Positions 62,935 through 64,000 of a DNA stretch of 64,000 bases are shown piece after piece. Position 1 is the stretch's first letter; every line of letters begins with the position of its first letter. Source of the stretch: Euglena gracilis (taxonomy: Eukaryota); contig CP154954.1 in assembly GCA_039621445.1 (NCBI GenBank), positions 8,434,634 through 8,498,633 of the forward strand, written 5' to 3'. Below the pieces are notes generated by a model. The model saw nothing but the letters and a program-made list of their open reading frames with translations. It searched no databases and was not told the origin of the DNA. Position numbers and translations under genes: made by a program.

Positions 62935-63362
62935 CATAGCTGGCGCTTCGTTTAAAACAAAGTGAAAAAAAACATGTTTTTTAAAAAAAAACATGTTTTT
63001 TTTATAAAAAAACAAAAAAAACGCCATTGAGGGTCCAGGGCAAAAAAAATTTTGCCTTTAATTTTAGCTTTTTTTTGCCCATCCTCAGGCAGAGAAAGAC
63101 ACCAAATTTGGGATGTTTCAAGTTGAAACATCCCAAAATGGCGGGAAAATGCCCTATTTTGACCATTCTTGTTGAAGACCTCCAAAAGTATTGGTTTTCA
63201 AGTCATTTGAGCTCAGCTTGGTTCACCCTTGCGTTCAAAGGCAAAATTTGGACCATCATTTTCCCCTTTGTTTTTTTTGCCGTTTTTTTTTGCCTGTTTT
63301 TTTAATAAAAAACAAAGAAACGTTTTTTTATTAAAAAAAAACAAAAAAAAACGCCAGCTATG
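62935..63362. mobile_element. hAT MITE (CATAG termini)
   Basis: TIR CATAGCTGGCG/CGCCAGCTATG; perfect 8-bp TSD ATGAACTC. Confidence 0.9.
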
Positions 63363-63443
63363 ATGAACTCCAAGACGTCGAAAGCCTGGAACTTCAAAAT
63401 ATACCCCACGTAAGGCTTTCATTTGTCCGACATGATATGCGAA

Positions 63444-63470
63444 CGAAAAAAAAATAGACACTCAGAAAGT
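63444..63470 (-). other. Euglenid spliced-leader exon copy heading a retroposed transcript
   Basis: ACTTTCTGAGTGTCTATTTTTTTTTCG followed by TTCGCATATC-ATG, no GT donor. Confidence 0.88.
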
Positions 63471-63893
63471 GGAAATTTCATTTAAAAACCTCGTTATGAA
63501 ACACCCAAACCATACTTCGAATCCTACTAAGTTCAAAAAGTGCCCAAAAATGGTCAAAAAAATGCAATTTTATGACTTTTTCATTTTTGTGGAATTTTGT
63601 TTTGGCAGAAAGGACCCAGAAGTTGCAAAAATGGTTGAAAACATGCATTCAATTTTTTTTGTACAAAACCTTGTTGGGTTTTTTGTTTAAAAAAATGTTA
63701 ATATTTAAAAAAAAACAGCGTCCAAAAAAATCAAGCTGCCAACTATGGTTTGGCGAACTCCAAACAGTTGGCAACAGCAGCAAGGTCTGCACCTACGGAG
63801 CCAGACTTTTTCTTCGTGTTTGCCCTGTGCCAGCAAGGTGGGTCAACCTTTGGCTTCTTGGCATCTTGATGGTACACCACGAGAGCAGACAAG

Positions 63894-64000
63894 CAAGGTT
63901 GGATGGTTAATCAAAAAACGGTTAATCGCTTGTGACCACCCCAGTTAATCGTTCGTTTGTGGGGGGGGACAATTAACCATGATTAATCGCAAAACGGTTA
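63894..64000. mobile_element. Left end of another (C/T)AAGGTTG-family MITE, runs off the window
   Basis: CAAGGTTGG followed by GGTTAATC/GATTAATC repeats. Confidence 0.65.

Overview
Eukaryotic, almost entirely transposon-derived DNA with no recognisable host housekeeping gene. It is very probably from a euglenid: two copies of the Euglena-type spliced leader (ACTTTCTGAGTGTCTAT7-9CG) and several euglenid-type nonconventional (non-GT-AG, hairpin) introns are present. Contents: (1) an intact Ty3/Gypsy chromovirus pol whose frame, open from the window edge, begins with what looks like the C-terminal half of a Dam-like adenine methyltransferase; (2) a related decayed Gypsy element with a C5-cytosine methyltransferase in the same gag-protease slot, whose gag is split by a 17.8-kb nest of two LTR elements; (3) a DIRS-like RT split by a PIF/Harbinger-type element whose transposase is restored to a 297-aa ORF by removing three nonconventional introns; (4) hAT transposase relics and many hAT MITEs with 8-bp TSDs; (5) two CRE-clade (RLE) non-LTR elements, one with a 2A-like peptide; (6) two SL-headed retrocopies. 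Best leads: swappable DNA-methyltransferase cargo in one Gypsy clade, and a hAT MITE whose TIR plus 8-bp TSD geometry reproduces the +4 CAG / -8 CTG nonconventional intron consensus (an introner-like origin for these introns). All domain calls are by motif recognition by eye; some boundaries are approximate, and homopolymer errors may account for some frameshifts.
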